Shown here in pieces: positions 29,051 to 39,116 of a stretch of 64,000 bases of DNA. The position numbers were made by a program, and so were the translations under genes. The DNA lies in contig OZ244207.1 in assembly GCA_965216875.1 (NCBI GenBank), forward strand, positions 4,480,001 through 4,544,000, in the 5' to 3' direction. The notes below the pieces were generated by a model. The model was not told the origin of the DNA and did not search any database. It was given only the letters and a program-made list of their open reading frames with translations. Position 1 is the first letter of the stretch. Each line of letters starts with the position of its first letter. The stretch comes from Rubripirellula sp. GTDB lineage: Bacteria; Planctomycetota; Planctomycetia; Pirellulales; Pirellulaceae.

Positions 29051-29478
29051 CGTGATGCAAACGCAGTGATGATGTTGTGCCAGCCTGCGGCGGCCGGACT
29101 GCTGCAACGATTGCCCATGAAGGCATCCAGGACCTCGCGAGCACACGTACTTAGGTGCTGGTGATCCGAGCGATGCATCGACGACTGCATCAAGCCTTGA
29201 CGTTCACCAGGCGCTGTTCTCGCGATCGCTACAAGTCGCTCAAACTCCTGAATCGTCATTCCTTGATCATCAAGTTGCGCCGGTGGACGCGACTCCGTCT
29301 CGACAACCTCTTCGCCAAAAAAAGAAACGGGCGAATCAAACTCGTGCACGCCTTCTTCGCCAACGCGAAAGGGCGCAGCCGTTCGGTCGCACACCTTCTT
29401 AAAGGCGGATCCTTGATAGACGAACACGTCGCCCATTCGAAGATGAGCGAATTCTCGTTCAGTTGGTTCTGACATCAT
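29047..29478 (-). CDS. Hypothetical protein
   Basis: Open frame filling the gap; ATG ATG start chosen; no recognised family. Confidence 0.55.
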   Translation of the reverse strand: MMSEPTEREFAHLRMGDVFVYQGSAFKKVCDRTAAPFRVGEEGVHEFDSPVSFFGEEVVETESRPPAQLDDQGMTIQEFERLVAIARTAPGERQGLMQSSMHRSDHQHLSTCAREVLDAFMGNRCSSPAAAGWHNIITAFASR

Positions 29479-29741
29479 GGGGCAAGTCAACCATTTTCGA
29501 TCGGCGCGATCGAACCGAATGTCTGGGGCGAACCTGCCATTTGGGGATCGATGCGCACTCAGTGTGGTGGCCAATACCTAAACCGGGTGATTCGGTTTAG
29601 ACGACGCGCGCTCGGTCGTATTCATCGACCAACTCATCAAATGGGATTAGCAAAACCGGGTCCCACAACGGCCGCGAACATCTCACCCACCGAGTGGGGA
29701 CCCTCCCCAGCCAGCCACAAGAACTGGTTCGAAAACTCGAA

Positions 29742-31943
29742 TCACCGGTCCGCGTACACGGGTGGCTTCCACCCCTTTGGCAAACGTCCTTGCGGCCGAA
29801 CCCCCAACGCATCGTCGGGAATCGGATGATCAGACATCTTCTGTAGCGGCTCGTCATCGGGAAGATGTTTGATGTCGATGTCTTTGAATTGCACCATCAT
29901 CTTCGGACCGACATGAACCTGAAAGGCGAGCACGCCTTCGAGCGCACGACCGGTTTCGTCAAAATCGACGAGGTCCGCGGTTTGATGACCATCGATCCAG
30001 TGCTGGTGATGATTCCCAACGACCTTCACGCGATAGTCGTGCCAACGATCTGCAGCAAACTTCTTGACCGGTAGTTTGCCAACGATCCAACTGCGTCCTT
30101 GAGGATCAATCACAACACGCTCGCCGGTATGTGCCAGGATGCGTCGCCCCTTTTCTTCATACAGCATGCCGTCGTAGTTCGGGTTACTCGACACGACATC
30201 GCATTGATAGCCGGTCACGACATCAAGTCCGAGATCAGGCCGTGACGTACCGCGGTACTGAATGCCGCTGTTACCGCCCGAGCTGAGCTTCACTTTGACT
30301 CGTAGATCAAAGTTGCGCACCGTCGATCCCTTCCAAGTGATGAATCGATTCATCTTGAGCGTTCCGTCGGTGACTCCGGTCAAAGCCCCCTCTTTGACCG
30401 ACCAGTACTTTCGATCGCCGGTCCAATTCCGAAGTGTCTTGCCATCAAAGAGCCGCACGAAACCATCGCGTCCTCTTCCCAAACTGACCGCCGCCGAAGC
30501 GACTGGGTGGGGGTCGGTCGATTTGGCGAACGTCCCTTTCAACGGTTCGAGCGAGCCACCAAGCTGATCCACTCGAGCATCCGTCCGCTTTCGCATCGCT
30601 TGAAGAACCTCTTGGTGTTTTGGATCGCCAACGAGATTCACCAGTTCGTCGGGATCGTTTTTTAGGTCATGCAGGAACTCGTGGTCATGGTCAAAGTAGC
30701 GAACGTACTTGTATTGTTCGTTGCGAATGCCCTCGAAGGCGGGAATGCGACTGCGGACCGCAAAGTGCTCGTGAAAGGATTCGGTTCGCCAGTCTTGAGG
30801 CGTACGACCGTCAACGATCGGCTGGAGACTGCGGCCTTGGTAACGTTCGGGAACATCAACGCCAGCCCATTGCAGGAATGTTGCTGGCAGATCGAGGTTC
30901 AACGCGATCGCATCGCTCACCTTGCCTTGCTCACTCTTCGCAGCGCGGGGGTCCATCACGACCATTGGCACGCGCAATGATTCTTCGTAGTGTGACCATT
31001 TGCCCGCCAAACCGCGGTTGCCCATGTAGTACCCATTGTCAGCCGAGTAAACGATGATCGTGTTGTCAGCCAATCCCGCTTCATCGAGAGCTTTGATGAA
31101 GCGACCGATCGCGCCGTCGATCCCGCTGACCATTCGATAGTACGACCGCATGTTCGTGTCATACTTTTGCGGTGTGTTCCAGCGCCAAAAGAACCTCTCT
31201 CGTCCGATGCTGGTGCGCAAGAAATCGGGCAATGCATCAAAGATCTTGACGTCACCCAATCGTGGTTCCGTGATCACGGCATCTTCGTACATCCCATCGA
31301 CTGCCTTGGGCCAGGGAAATTGCCCGATGCCTGGACGGCGGTCACCGTCTTCGGCATGACAAGCGTTGAACCACATGTTCAAGGCAAACGGCTTGCCCTT
31401 CGGATTCGATTGTATGAATTCGATTCCGCGATCAACAATCAACTCGGTCTCGTGCCGAAGCGACCCATCAGACTGAGGTTTGTAGAAAGGGTTGCGTCCA
31501 ATCGCCTCGAACTCGTCAAAATGAGCTTCGCGTTTGTAGCCCTTGGGCATCTTGGCGTGCCACTTGCCAAAGTAGCCTGTACGATACCCTGCGTCCCGAA
31601 GCAGATCGCTGTAGAGTTCGTTGACGGCATCGGGGCGTGCCAACTCAGGATTGCCCGGCGTTCCATACGAACGCCCCGTCAGTCCCGAAAGAATGGTCGT
31701 GCGACTGACCCAACAAATCGAGTGGCTGACAAACGCATTGGAAAATCGCGTTCCACGTCGAGCCAAACTGTCGATGTTTGGCGTTTGCACCACCTCGTTT
31801 CCGTAACAACCGATCGTGCTTGTCGTTTGGTCATCGGTAAAGAAGAAAACGATGTTCGGCTGTTCGGCACCGAAAACCGAGGGTTGTCTGTGCGCTAGCG
31901 AGAAAGCGGCAACGAGGCAAAGAAAGTAGCGAAGTCGAAACAT
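29742..31943 (-). CDS. Sulfatase fused to C-terminal DUF1080 domain
   Basis: PNIVFFFTDDQ, SICWVSRTTILSG, GKWH; C-terminal LFDGKTL..W, GGNSGIQYR, GVLAFQVH. Confidence 0.9.
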   Translation of the reverse strand: MFRLRYFLCLVAAFSLAHRQPSVFGAEQPNIVFFFTDDQTTSTIGCYGNEVVQTPNIDSLARRGTRFSNAFVSHSICWVSRTTILSGLTGRSYGTPGNPELARPDAVNELYSDLLRDAGYRTGYFGKWHAKMPKGYKREAHFDEFEAIGRNPFYKPQSDGSLRHETELIVDRGIEFIQSNPKGKPFALNMWFNACHAEDGDRRPGIGQFPWPKAVDGMYEDAVITEPRLGDVKIFDALPDFLRTSIGRERFFWRWNTPQKYDTNMRSYYRMVSGIDGAIGRFIKALDEAGLADNTIIVYSADNGYYMGNRGLAGKWSHYEESLRVPMVVMDPRAAKSEQGKVSDAIALNLDLPATFLQWAGVDVPERYQGRSLQPIVDGRTPQDWRTESFHEHFAVRSRIPAFEGIRNEQYKYVRYFDHDHEFLHDLKNDPDELVNLVGDPKHQEVLQAMRKRTDARVDQLGGSLEPLKGTFAKSTDPHPVASAAVSLGRGRDGFVRLFDGKTLRNWTGDRKYWSVKEGALTGVTDGTLKMNRFITWKGSTVRNFDLRVKVKLSSGGNSGIQYRGTSRPDLGLDVVTGYQCDVVSSNPNYDGMLYEEKGRRILAHTGERVVIDPQGRSWIVGKLPVKKFAADRWHDYRVKVVGNHHQHWIDGHQTADLVDFDETGRALEGVLAFQVHVGPKMMVQFKDIDIKHLPDDEPLQKMSDHPIPDDALGVRPQGRLPKGWKPPVYADR

Positions 31944-32110
31944 TGTGGTGGGCTCGTGTTTTTGCTGAAACCGGAGACGCGGCCAAATTCAATCGATCGA
32001 TTTGATCAGGCCGTCAAGAAGCGAAGGAATCGCAAGGGAAGGGATGAGGCGAGTCGGGGAGGGATGACTGGTATTGTACTCGGCTCGCACCCTGCCGGGG
32101 TGGCAAGAAA

Positions 32111-32133
32111 GTAGGGTGTGTGCTTGCACGCAC
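32111..32133 (+). repeat. 23-bp GTAG REP-like repeat, copy 1
   Basis: GTAGGGTGTGTGCTTGCACGCAC, identical to 32985-33007. Confidence 0.85.
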
Positions 32134-32183
32134 AACCCCTGACATCACGCTTTCCCCATTACATTCCACTAAAAAATAGACCA

Positions 32184-32480
32184 ATGTTTGAATGCCACTT
32201 CACTGGGTCGATATGGAAACACGACGGGGACGCTGCGTGGTGGTTCATCACGCTTCCCCACGAAGATTCCGCCGACATCCAACAGTGGGCCGCAGACAAA
32301 AAGAGTGCTTGGGGCAGCATCAAGGTCACAGCGACGATTGGAACAACAAGTTGGCAAACGTCTCTCTTTCCCGATTCCAAGGTGGGAGGCTACCTGTTGC
32401 CGGTGAAAGCAGCCGTCCGCAAAAAAGAGCAGCTCGAAGCCAACCGGGACGCGATCGAAGTCCACCTTCAGATTGGATAG
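32184..32480 (+). CDS. DUF1905 domain protein
   Basis: WWFITLP...WGSIKVTATIGTTSWQTSLFP...YLLPVKAAVRKKE. Confidence 0.85.
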   Translation: MFECHFTGSIWKHDGDAAWWFITLPHEDSADIQQWAADKKSAWGSIKVTATIGTTSWQTSLFPDSKVGGYLLPVKAAVRKKEQLEANRDAIEVHLQIG

Positions 32481-32636
32481 CCGAGGTCGTCGCGATCGCT
32501 CGACAAAGTTTGTGTTCTTGTGTTCTTGATTCAGCTTTTTCTGCGCAGTCAACCACAGCCCGCGGGCTCTTCCCGTGATGCGTTGTTCCAATGTCCTTCG
32601 ACCCATAGGCTTCCTACAAACTACGGGGCTCTAACC

Positions 32637-32942
32637 ATGAATCACCTTCACCTGCTTTGTGCGCTGTTTGTCTCGCCGGTCCTTTTTGCTGGATGCTCAT
32701 CACCCAGCGTCCCGGGTTCTCCCGGCGTCCCCGAACCTATCTGCGTGCTTGAAGACCCCGACAACGGCCAACGCGTCCGTCTCTACAAGGAGATTCCGTT
32801 CAAAGTGCCCGCCGACTACGACGAGGAAAAACACATCGCCGAGTGGACGGCCAAACAAAACGCCCACGGCTACACGAAAGAGATCTCACCCGAAGACGAC
32901 CGCGAACAGCTCGCAGAGCTACGTGCCGCCAACAAGAAGTAG
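32637..32942 (+). CDS. Small putative lipoprotein
   Basis: Lipobox-like LFAGC after a hydrophobic signal. Confidence 0.7.
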   Translation: MNHLHLLCALFVSPVLFAGCSSPSVPGSPGVPEPICVLEDPDNGQRVRLYKEIPFKVPADYDEEKHIAEWTAKQNAHGYTKEISPEDDREQLAELRAANKK

Positions 32943-32984
32943 CCACGTTCTCACACGATTTAGCAGAAAACGGATGATCAGAGC

Positions 32985-33007
32985 GTAGGGTGTGTGCTTG
33001 CACGCAC
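32985..33007 (+). repeat. 23-bp GTAG REP-like repeat, copy 2
   Basis: Identical to 32111-32133. Confidence 0.85.
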
Positions 33008-33028
33008 CAGATTCAATGCATTGAGCAA

Positions 33029-33366
33029 ACCGCGATGAATTCTGTTAGACGCAGATAGGACATCAAAACCTGCAATCATGTTTCATCCACCGACCAGCTC
33101 AAACATCGTCCTACTATCTGCGTTCACTTGAGTTCATCTGCGGTCTCCTCCTTGCAGACCTTCAAACAAAAACGAAGGGCAGCTATTTGCGCGATTCACA
33201 GTCCTGGCAGATCGACAAATCAAGAATAAGTGACCGCAGATGAATTCGGATACACCCAGATAGGGACATCAGAATCTGCAATCATGCTTCAGCCGCCAAC
33301 GAGCTCAAACATCGACCTTTTATTTGAGTTCATCTGCGGTTTCTCCTCCGCGCAGATCCTCGAACA
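33029..33366. repeat. Two diverged copies of an approximately 135-bp element with ACCGCAGATGAA/TTCATCTGCGGT inverted ends
   Basis: 33029-33168 and 33233-33366 share ACATCA.AA.CTGCAATCATG, AGCTCAAACATCG and TTGAGTTCATCTGCGGT. Confidence 0.8.
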
Positions 33367-33437
33367 GCTACTCAAGGCGTACCGGAACGCCCCCGATTCG
33401 AGCGTGACATGTGCGAGCACACACCGCGAATTCGTCA

Positions 33438-34931
33438 TCACTTGCGCAGAAAATCGAATTCGGGAGCCGGGGCCTTCCCTTTGGCTCCTCGATAGACGAG
33501 CTCCAATGACTCCTTGCTTTCTGGAAAGCGTCCTTGGTCGCCCGTCTTCTTTTCCCAAGCATTCAAGAGTTTGCGATGCTCATTCAGAGCCGAAGCGTAC
33601 TTGGGATCGTCAGCCAGGTTCTTCAATTGATGCGGGTCATCGGCAAGCAGGTAGAGCTCCTCGGCGGGACGGGCAGCCGTGTCGTGATAACTCGCTTGGA
33701 GCGATGACAGCTTGCCGTCCTCGAGCAACTCGCCGAGCGTCTTGAAGGTGGCGTAGTTGTCTCGATAGTTCGATTGATAGAGTGCTCGATCGGTCATGTA
33801 ATTGCGGATGTACCGAAACTTGTTTGTCCGAATTGAGCGAATGCGATCCACCGCGATTCCATTTCGATCGCGAGCGCCGATGACGTGAGACTGCGGCTTG
33901 TGACCGGCAGCAAATAGATCGACACCTTCCATCCACTTTGGAACTTCGATCCCCGCAATCGCAAGGGAAGTGGTCGTGATATCGATCCCATTGGCAAGGT
34001 CAGTACGTGTCGATCCCTCCTCGCCGACTTGATGCAAGTTCTTGGGCGCACGAACGATCAGCGGCACCTTTAGTCCGTCCTCGTAGAGAAACTGTTTCGC
34101 ACGCGGCAGCGGACAACCATGATCGGTAAAGAAGAAAACCACCGTGTTGTCCCAAAGATCGAACTCTTTGAGCGCTTCGACGATTGCACCGACTTGTTCA
34201 TCAGTCTGTGCAATCTGTTCGTGGTGGCGTGCGATCGCGTTACGAATCACGGGATGATCAGGATACTGGGGCGGTACGACCACGTCGGCTGGATCAAAGC
34301 GGCTTTCGGCAGGAAACTTCGATCCCGTCTCGCCGCCGATCTTGCCACCCTTGAGCTGGATCTGACCAAAAAACGCTCTGCCTTTGAGTTGACCGAGCCA
34401 TGAGAAGTCGGTTCCCACAACGTGCCCTTTGGCTTTGGGGCGTTTGAAATCGGGCGTATACATCAAACTGCGATCACGCGTGAAGTTGTAGTCTTCCTTG
34501 GCCTCATTGAAAGTGACGTAGCCGGCGTCACGAAAGAGTTCGGGAACCGTTCGAATCGATTCTGGAAGCGGCTCCTTGATCATCGTTCGGTGGTGATGCA
34601 GACCGTGCGTGGTTTGCATCGTTCCTGTGATCAATGCTGAACGCGTGGTGGAACAAACAGGCGCAGGCATGAAGGCGTTCTCGAATCGCACGCCCTTTGA
34701 CGCCAGCGCGTCGATCGCGGGTGTCTGCGCGATCGGATCGCCGTAGCAGCCGAGCCAGTCACTCATATCGTCCACATAGATCCAAAGCACGTTTGGACGT
34801 GAAGGGCTTTGCTGCGCCACGGCCGAAGAGGCTACCGCAAAGAAGGCTAGTAGTAGCAGCAGGAATCGAGTGGTCGCGGGCATCGAAGGATCCATCGGTG
34901 GCTGGGCGGGTGGTGTGGTGGCTGAACTCAA
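33438..34931 (-). CDS. Sulfatase (sulfamidase-like S1)
   Basis: PNVLWIYVDDM, APVCSTTRSALITG, FTDHG, RAKQFLYEDG. Confidence 0.9.
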   Translation of the reverse strand: MSSATTPPAQPPMDPSMPATTRFLLLLLAFFAVASSAVAQQSPSRPNVLWIYVDDMSDWLGCYGDPIAQTPAIDALASKGVRFENAFMPAPVCSTTRSALITGTMQTTHGLHHHRTMIKEPLPESIRTVPELFRDAGYVTFNEAKEDYNFTRDRSLMYTPDFKRPKAKGHVVGTDFSWLGQLKGRAFFGQIQLKGGKIGGETGSKFPAESRFDPADVVVPPQYPDHPVIRNAIARHHEQIAQTDEQVGAIVEALKEFDLWDNTVVFFFTDHGCPLPRAKQFLYEDGLKVPLIVRAPKNLHQVGEEGSTRTDLANGIDITTTSLAIAGIEVPKWMEGVDLFAAGHKPQSHVIGARDRNGIAVDRIRSIRTNKFRYIRNYMTDRALYQSNYRDNYATFKTLGELLEDGKLSSLQASYHDTAARPAEELYLLADDPHQLKNLADDPKYASALNEHRKLLNAWEKKTGDQGRFPESKESLELVYRGAKGKAPAPEFDFLRK

Positions 34932-35003
34932 AGACTACTCGGCACAATTTCGCCCACAAGGTGCCGTCGATCAACGGACGCCACGATCGCGCGTCGATGC
35001 CCG

Positions 35004-37286
35004 CTATTTCGAACGAATGAGGGTCAATCCTTGCTCGCGACCACTTCGCACGTAAGTCAACCGATCCGAAGTTCTCGGATAACTGACAGAGATTCCGTTG
35101 CCGGTCGCAGCGATCTTGGGAAGCGTTTCCCCGTCGTGATGCGGAAACAGAACGACTCGAAATTCGGCCGCAACGTCATTGATGGTTGCGACCAAACGCT
35201 GAGCCATGATCGGTTCACCCGTCCGCCGGTCCTTGGTCAATTCGTAGCGTTCAAGTTTGACGTCCGTTACAGGCTGGTTGCCGCAGAAACGAATGAGCAA
35301 TCGACGCTGCGCCAGTGAGTCATCTTCAAGCTGCTCGCCGAGCACGACCGATTGGCCCGACTGAGAGACGACATCGACGTCCAACGGCAGTGGCAACATC
35401 CAAGTGTATTGGTGCTCCTCGCCGTCTTTTGCGAAGTCATCGATAATCACTGCATAGGGATGTTCACCGCGGACGAGTGCGGCGGTGCGTAAAGCACGCG
35501 CGACCGGATTGTGGGATTTGCGCCAAAGGTTGCAGCCCATGAAGTTGTACTTGGGAACGGCGCGATCATCGTGCCCGAAAAGCGCCTCGGGTTGGCCGGG
35601 TCGTTTCCATGGCCACCCGATTTCGTCAAAGGATCTTGTCTCTGGTTCCCAGCCCTCGCCGGGTTTGTCCCAACTGTGCGCCCACAACCAGTTGTAGGCG
35701 TTGCTGAGGTCCACGACGGCTTGACTGAGAAGCCCATCGTCGCTGTCGCCTTGCTTGATCAAATTCGCGTTTGGGGCCTTGCCCCTTGCGCCCGAAACTT
35801 TCGCTTCAACTTGCCCGACACCGTCGATGTGAACCAAGCTGTGATCGTCGCTGCGTTGTGCCGTTCCCCATGGTCGGTCAATCACCCAGCGGCGCCCGTC
35901 CGCCGCAAACACAAACCGGCCGCGATCGACGTTTTCGTGTCGGTCATACCATGCATCGTGACGAGCAAGAACGTTCAGGTAGGCCGCATCGTCGGACCAG
36001 TCGCTGCGAGTGATGAACAAACCTTGCATCGGAAAGACATGCGTGATGGGCAAACCCAACTTCCCCATCTCGAGCGGCAACGCCTCGCTATCTTCGTAGT
36101 TCATACACAGCAACGTCGACCAATTCGCGTATTGCCAACGATTCTGGAGTTGGTAGTCCTTGCCCTTGTAGCGGCGCAAGTAAAAGTTGACCAGTTTGTC
36201 ACCGGGCATCGCCCACCTTGCCACCACCGGTGCACTCTCATAGGGCGCAACACGGCTTGATGAATACCCAACGGTGTCACCCGAGTCTTCGCCAGGGACA
36301 AGCGACAGAACGGCCCATTTGAAATAGTTGTGAAAGTGCGGACGCGCATAATAGTTTTCGCCACGACGAGCCATCGCGATCAACGTGAACTGGCCTTCGC
36401 GCAGCGAAGTGTTGATTGAGTACCCATCTTCGTTCGATCCGCCCGATTCGTAAAAGTGAACCTCAGCCCAATCGCGGATCATCTGACGAAACGAATGCCA
36501 TTGCTGTTCGTGAAAGCCCTCTTCACCTTCGATGGCGAGCAGCATCGGGCCAAGCTCGCCGTGATAGCCGTACCAATTGCTGATGCCGCGGCCACGCGGA
36601 AAGTTCATGCCCCAACAGATCAAGTCTTTCGTGGCGACCGAGAGTGCGCGACGACAAACGTCTCGTTGCGACGGCGACATCTCGTTGTAGAGGAAGTCGT
36701 AAGCGAGCGCAAAGTCGGCACCGCCACGGCACCAAAGTTCTCCCAGGCCGGTCCGGATGCCGGTGTTGCCATCGATGCCACCAATGTTCTTTTCGATCTT
36801 TCCCCAAGCGGGCTCATGATCACGTCTGGCCATCACCACGCGAGCGAAGTTGGCGATGGCTCGGCAAGTTTTCTTGGTTCGCTCGGCGTCCTGGTGATAC
36901 ATCACGTCCATCGCCGCGTACAGCAATTCGTGATTCGTCCCCGGTCCAACTTCGGGATACGCTTTGCACAGCGTTTGTGGTGAAAGTTCGGGATCAAGGC
37001 CTGCAAGAACGTCGATCACGCGTGGGGAGCGATAGGGTTTTGCAAAGAACGTTTTGCCCCGGTAGGTCTTTCCAACGCGCTCGCGCCAGGCCGGTATGTC
37101 TTCGGGACTCATGATCACGCGAGGGTGAATGCCGACCGGAGGCACTTTCGAAAAGAGACGCACGCCATTCTCATCGACAGCGTCATAGGCATCTTGTGCG
37201 CGGGTAGACGAACAAAACGCAACGACACCAATGAAGGTAAGTGCGCGCATCCGGGTCAATGGTGAAGTCATACCGAGGGTTTCCAT
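35004..37286 (-). CDS. Secreted heparinase II/III-like (oligo-lyase-fold) protein
   Basis: HPRVIMS start, ALAYDFLY, SNWYG, ITRSDWSDDA, HENVDRGRF, HSLVHIDGVGQ pattern. Confidence 0.65.
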   Translation of the reverse strand: METLGMTSPLTRMRALTFIGVVAFCSSTRAQDAYDAVDENGVRLFSKVPPVGIHPRVIMSPEDIPAWRERVGKTYRGKTFFAKPYRSPRVIDVLAGLDPELSPQTLCKAYPEVGPGTNHELLYAAMDVMYHQDAERTKKTCRAIANFARVVMARRDHEPAWGKIEKNIGGIDGNTGIRTGLGELWCRGGADFALAYDFLYNEMSPSQRDVCRRALSVATKDLICWGMNFPRGRGISNWYGYHGELGPMLLAIEGEEGFHEQQWHSFRQMIRDWAEVHFYESGGSNEDGYSINTSLREGQFTLIAMARRGENYYARPHFHNYFKWAVLSLVPGEDSGDTVGYSSSRVAPYESAPVVARWAMPGDKLVNFYLRRYKGKDYQLQNRWQYANWSTLLCMNYEDSEALPLEMGKLGLPITHVFPMQGLFITRSDWSDDAAYLNVLARHDAWYDRHENVDRGRFVFAADGRRWVIDRPWGTAQRSDDHSLVHIDGVGQVEAKVSGARGKAPNANLIKQGDSDDGLLSQAVVDLSNAYNWLWAHSWDKPGEGWEPETRSFDEIGWPWKRPGQPEALFGHDDRAVPKYNFMGCNLWRKSHNPVARALRTAALVRGEHPYAVIIDDFAKDGEEHQYTWMLPLPLDVDVVSQSGQSVVLGEQLEDDSLAQRRLLIRFCGNQPVTDVKLERYELTKDRRTGEPIMAQRLVATINDVAAEFRVVLFPHHDGETLPKIAATGNGISVSYPRTSDRLTYVRSGREQGLTLIRSK

Positions 37287-37416
37287 TTCGAACTGCGAAC
37301 AACGCCTCGGTGGTCGAGGCGTTGTCTAGTTTAGATGCTCGAAGCCGCGACACCGAATTCACGAGCGCCCCTCACAAACGACGTTGCACCCTTTGGACCA
37401 AGGTTTGGCCGTTGGA

Positions 37417-39009
37417 CTAAAGGTTGGCTTGCGTCCACGCTCCGTCGACCAATCGCCACGTTTCACCCGTTGGGTTTTGGTCGGAAAGGAGTACCGGCAA
37501 GCGTTGGGCGCGGACGTTGTCAAAGCTCGTCAATTTGGCGAAACGCAGCAATGATCCGGGAACGCCAACGGCGGTAAAACCGGGATGCCCCGTCGCGGGA
37601 TAGGGGCCCCCATGATTCATTGCCGAGCTGACGGCAACGCCCGTTGGCATTTTATCGTTGAGCAAACGACCGACTTTCGGAGCCATATGAAAGGTGACGC
37701 GATCAGCGGTTTCATCCTCACTGCCATCGGTCGCGGAGTAGAGGCAACCGGTCAAGTTTCCTTCGAGGCTATCGATGATCGCACACAATTGGTCGACGTC
37801 ATCGGCAATCACCATCAAGGATGCATTTCCAAAGGCTTCGGTTTGGAAGCCTTCGGGATTGCTCAAGAATTGGCTGCCGCTTGCACGCAGCAGGGTGTTG
37901 GCCACTGCGCATCGGCCGGCCTCAGGCTCTCCGCCGCCCGTCACAAGCTCGGCACCAAAACCGACCAAGGCCTGCACGTTCGCTGACAAACTTTTTGCGA
38001 CACCGGGTGACAACAACGTTCCCGAGGCGGCACCGGCGTACTTTTCTTTGATCGCATCGACAAAGGAATCGCTTGCGGCGTCTTTGACAAGCAACACCAA
38101 ACCTGGGTTGGTACAAAACTGCCCAGCGCCCATCAATGCACTGGTCACAAACTCGCCGACCAAATCTTCGCCGCGTTCGACGAGCGCGCCAGGTGTGATG
38201 ACGACAGGATTCACGCTCGACAATTCCAAGTAAATGGGTTTGCCCGCCCCATCGGCAGCCGCCTTGAGCGCGAGTCCGGCCGATCGACTGCCCGTGTAAC
38301 CGGTCGCGCCAACACGAGGATCGGCGACGAGCCGTTCGCCATCTTCGTGGCTGGTTCGATAGATCAGTTGAACCGTTGCCGCGGGCAGCCCCGTTTCTTT
38401 CAGCGCTGCGGCCGCTTCAACGGCAAACAAACGCGTCGTCTCTGGATGCGAGCTGTTTGCTTTGGCAATGACAGGATTGCCGGCAGCGATGGCCGCAGCA
38501 AAGTCGCCGCCCGAAACACTTCCGAAAGCGAACGGAAAGTTGTTTGGACCAAAGACACAAACGGGGCCGAGCGACTGGTAGCACGAACGAATCCCCGTCG
38601 CCGTGTCGATCGTCGGTAGGGCCCAACTGCCGCTTCGACAAGCTGCCGCAGCGGCGCGCAATTGGTTGCTCGTTCTCGGGAGTTCGACATCGCCCAGGCG
38701 CGGACTGGCGGGCAGTGCGGTTTCGGAGGTCGCGGCCGCAACAAGCGCGTCCTTGGCTGCCTCGATTCGATCAGCATAACACTCGAGAAACGCGGCAATC
38801 TTTTCCGCTGGCAATTGACGCAGCTCCACAAACGCCTCGGCCGCAGCATCCAGTGCTGCGTCACAGTCACTCCAGTCGCTCACAGGAAACTCGGCTGGCA
38901 AAACCGTGTTGGAGGTCGGGTCGGTCGCTTGAAACGTTTTGCTGTGAGACGCGTCGCGCCATTGGCCAGCGACAAGGACTTGGCGAGCGGCGTTGGTGGC
39001 AATCGACAT
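37417..39009 (-). CDS. NADP-dependent aldehyde dehydrogenase (2-ketoglutarate semialdehyde dehydrogenase-like)
   Basis: VFGPNNFPFAF, GGDFAAAIAAGNPV, ELSSVNP, GQFCTNPG, MNHGGPYPAT. Confidence 0.9.
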   Translation of the reverse strand: MSIATNAARQVLVAGQWRDASHSKTFQATDPTSNTVLPAEFPVSDWSDCDAALDAAAEAFVELRQLPAEKIAAFLECYADRIEAAKDALVAAATSETALPASPRLGDVELPRTSNQLRAAAAACRSGSWALPTIDTATGIRSCYQSLGPVCVFGPNNFPFAFGSVSGGDFAAAIAAGNPVIAKANSSHPETTRLFAVEAAAALKETGLPAATVQLIYRTSHEDGERLVADPRVGATGYTGSRSAGLALKAAADGAGKPIYLELSSVNPVVITPGALVERGEDLVGEFVTSALMGAGQFCTNPGLVLLVKDAASDSFVDAIKEKYAGAASGTLLSPGVAKSLSANVQALVGFGAELVTGGGEPEAGRCAVANTLLRASGSQFLSNPEGFQTEAFGNASLMVIADDVDQLCAIIDSLEGNLTGCLYSATDGSEDETADRVTFHMAPKVGRLLNDKMPTGVAVSSAMNHGGPYPATGHPGFTAVGVPGSLLRFAKLTSFDNVRAQRLPVLLSDQNPTGETWRLVDGAWTQANL

Positions 39010-39116
39010 CGAAGGAGCATCCTGGTGGAAGGAAGTGTCTGGGTAAGTGGTGGGTGCGCCCCGGGGAGCGACTCTTGGTTTCTCTGTTGCAACGACGGCT
39101 TGCTCGGCAAACCGAT

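Noticed and set aside
33230..33745. 171-aa ORF over the repeat region
   Set aside because: Starts within a repeat element and overlaps the sulfatase antisense.
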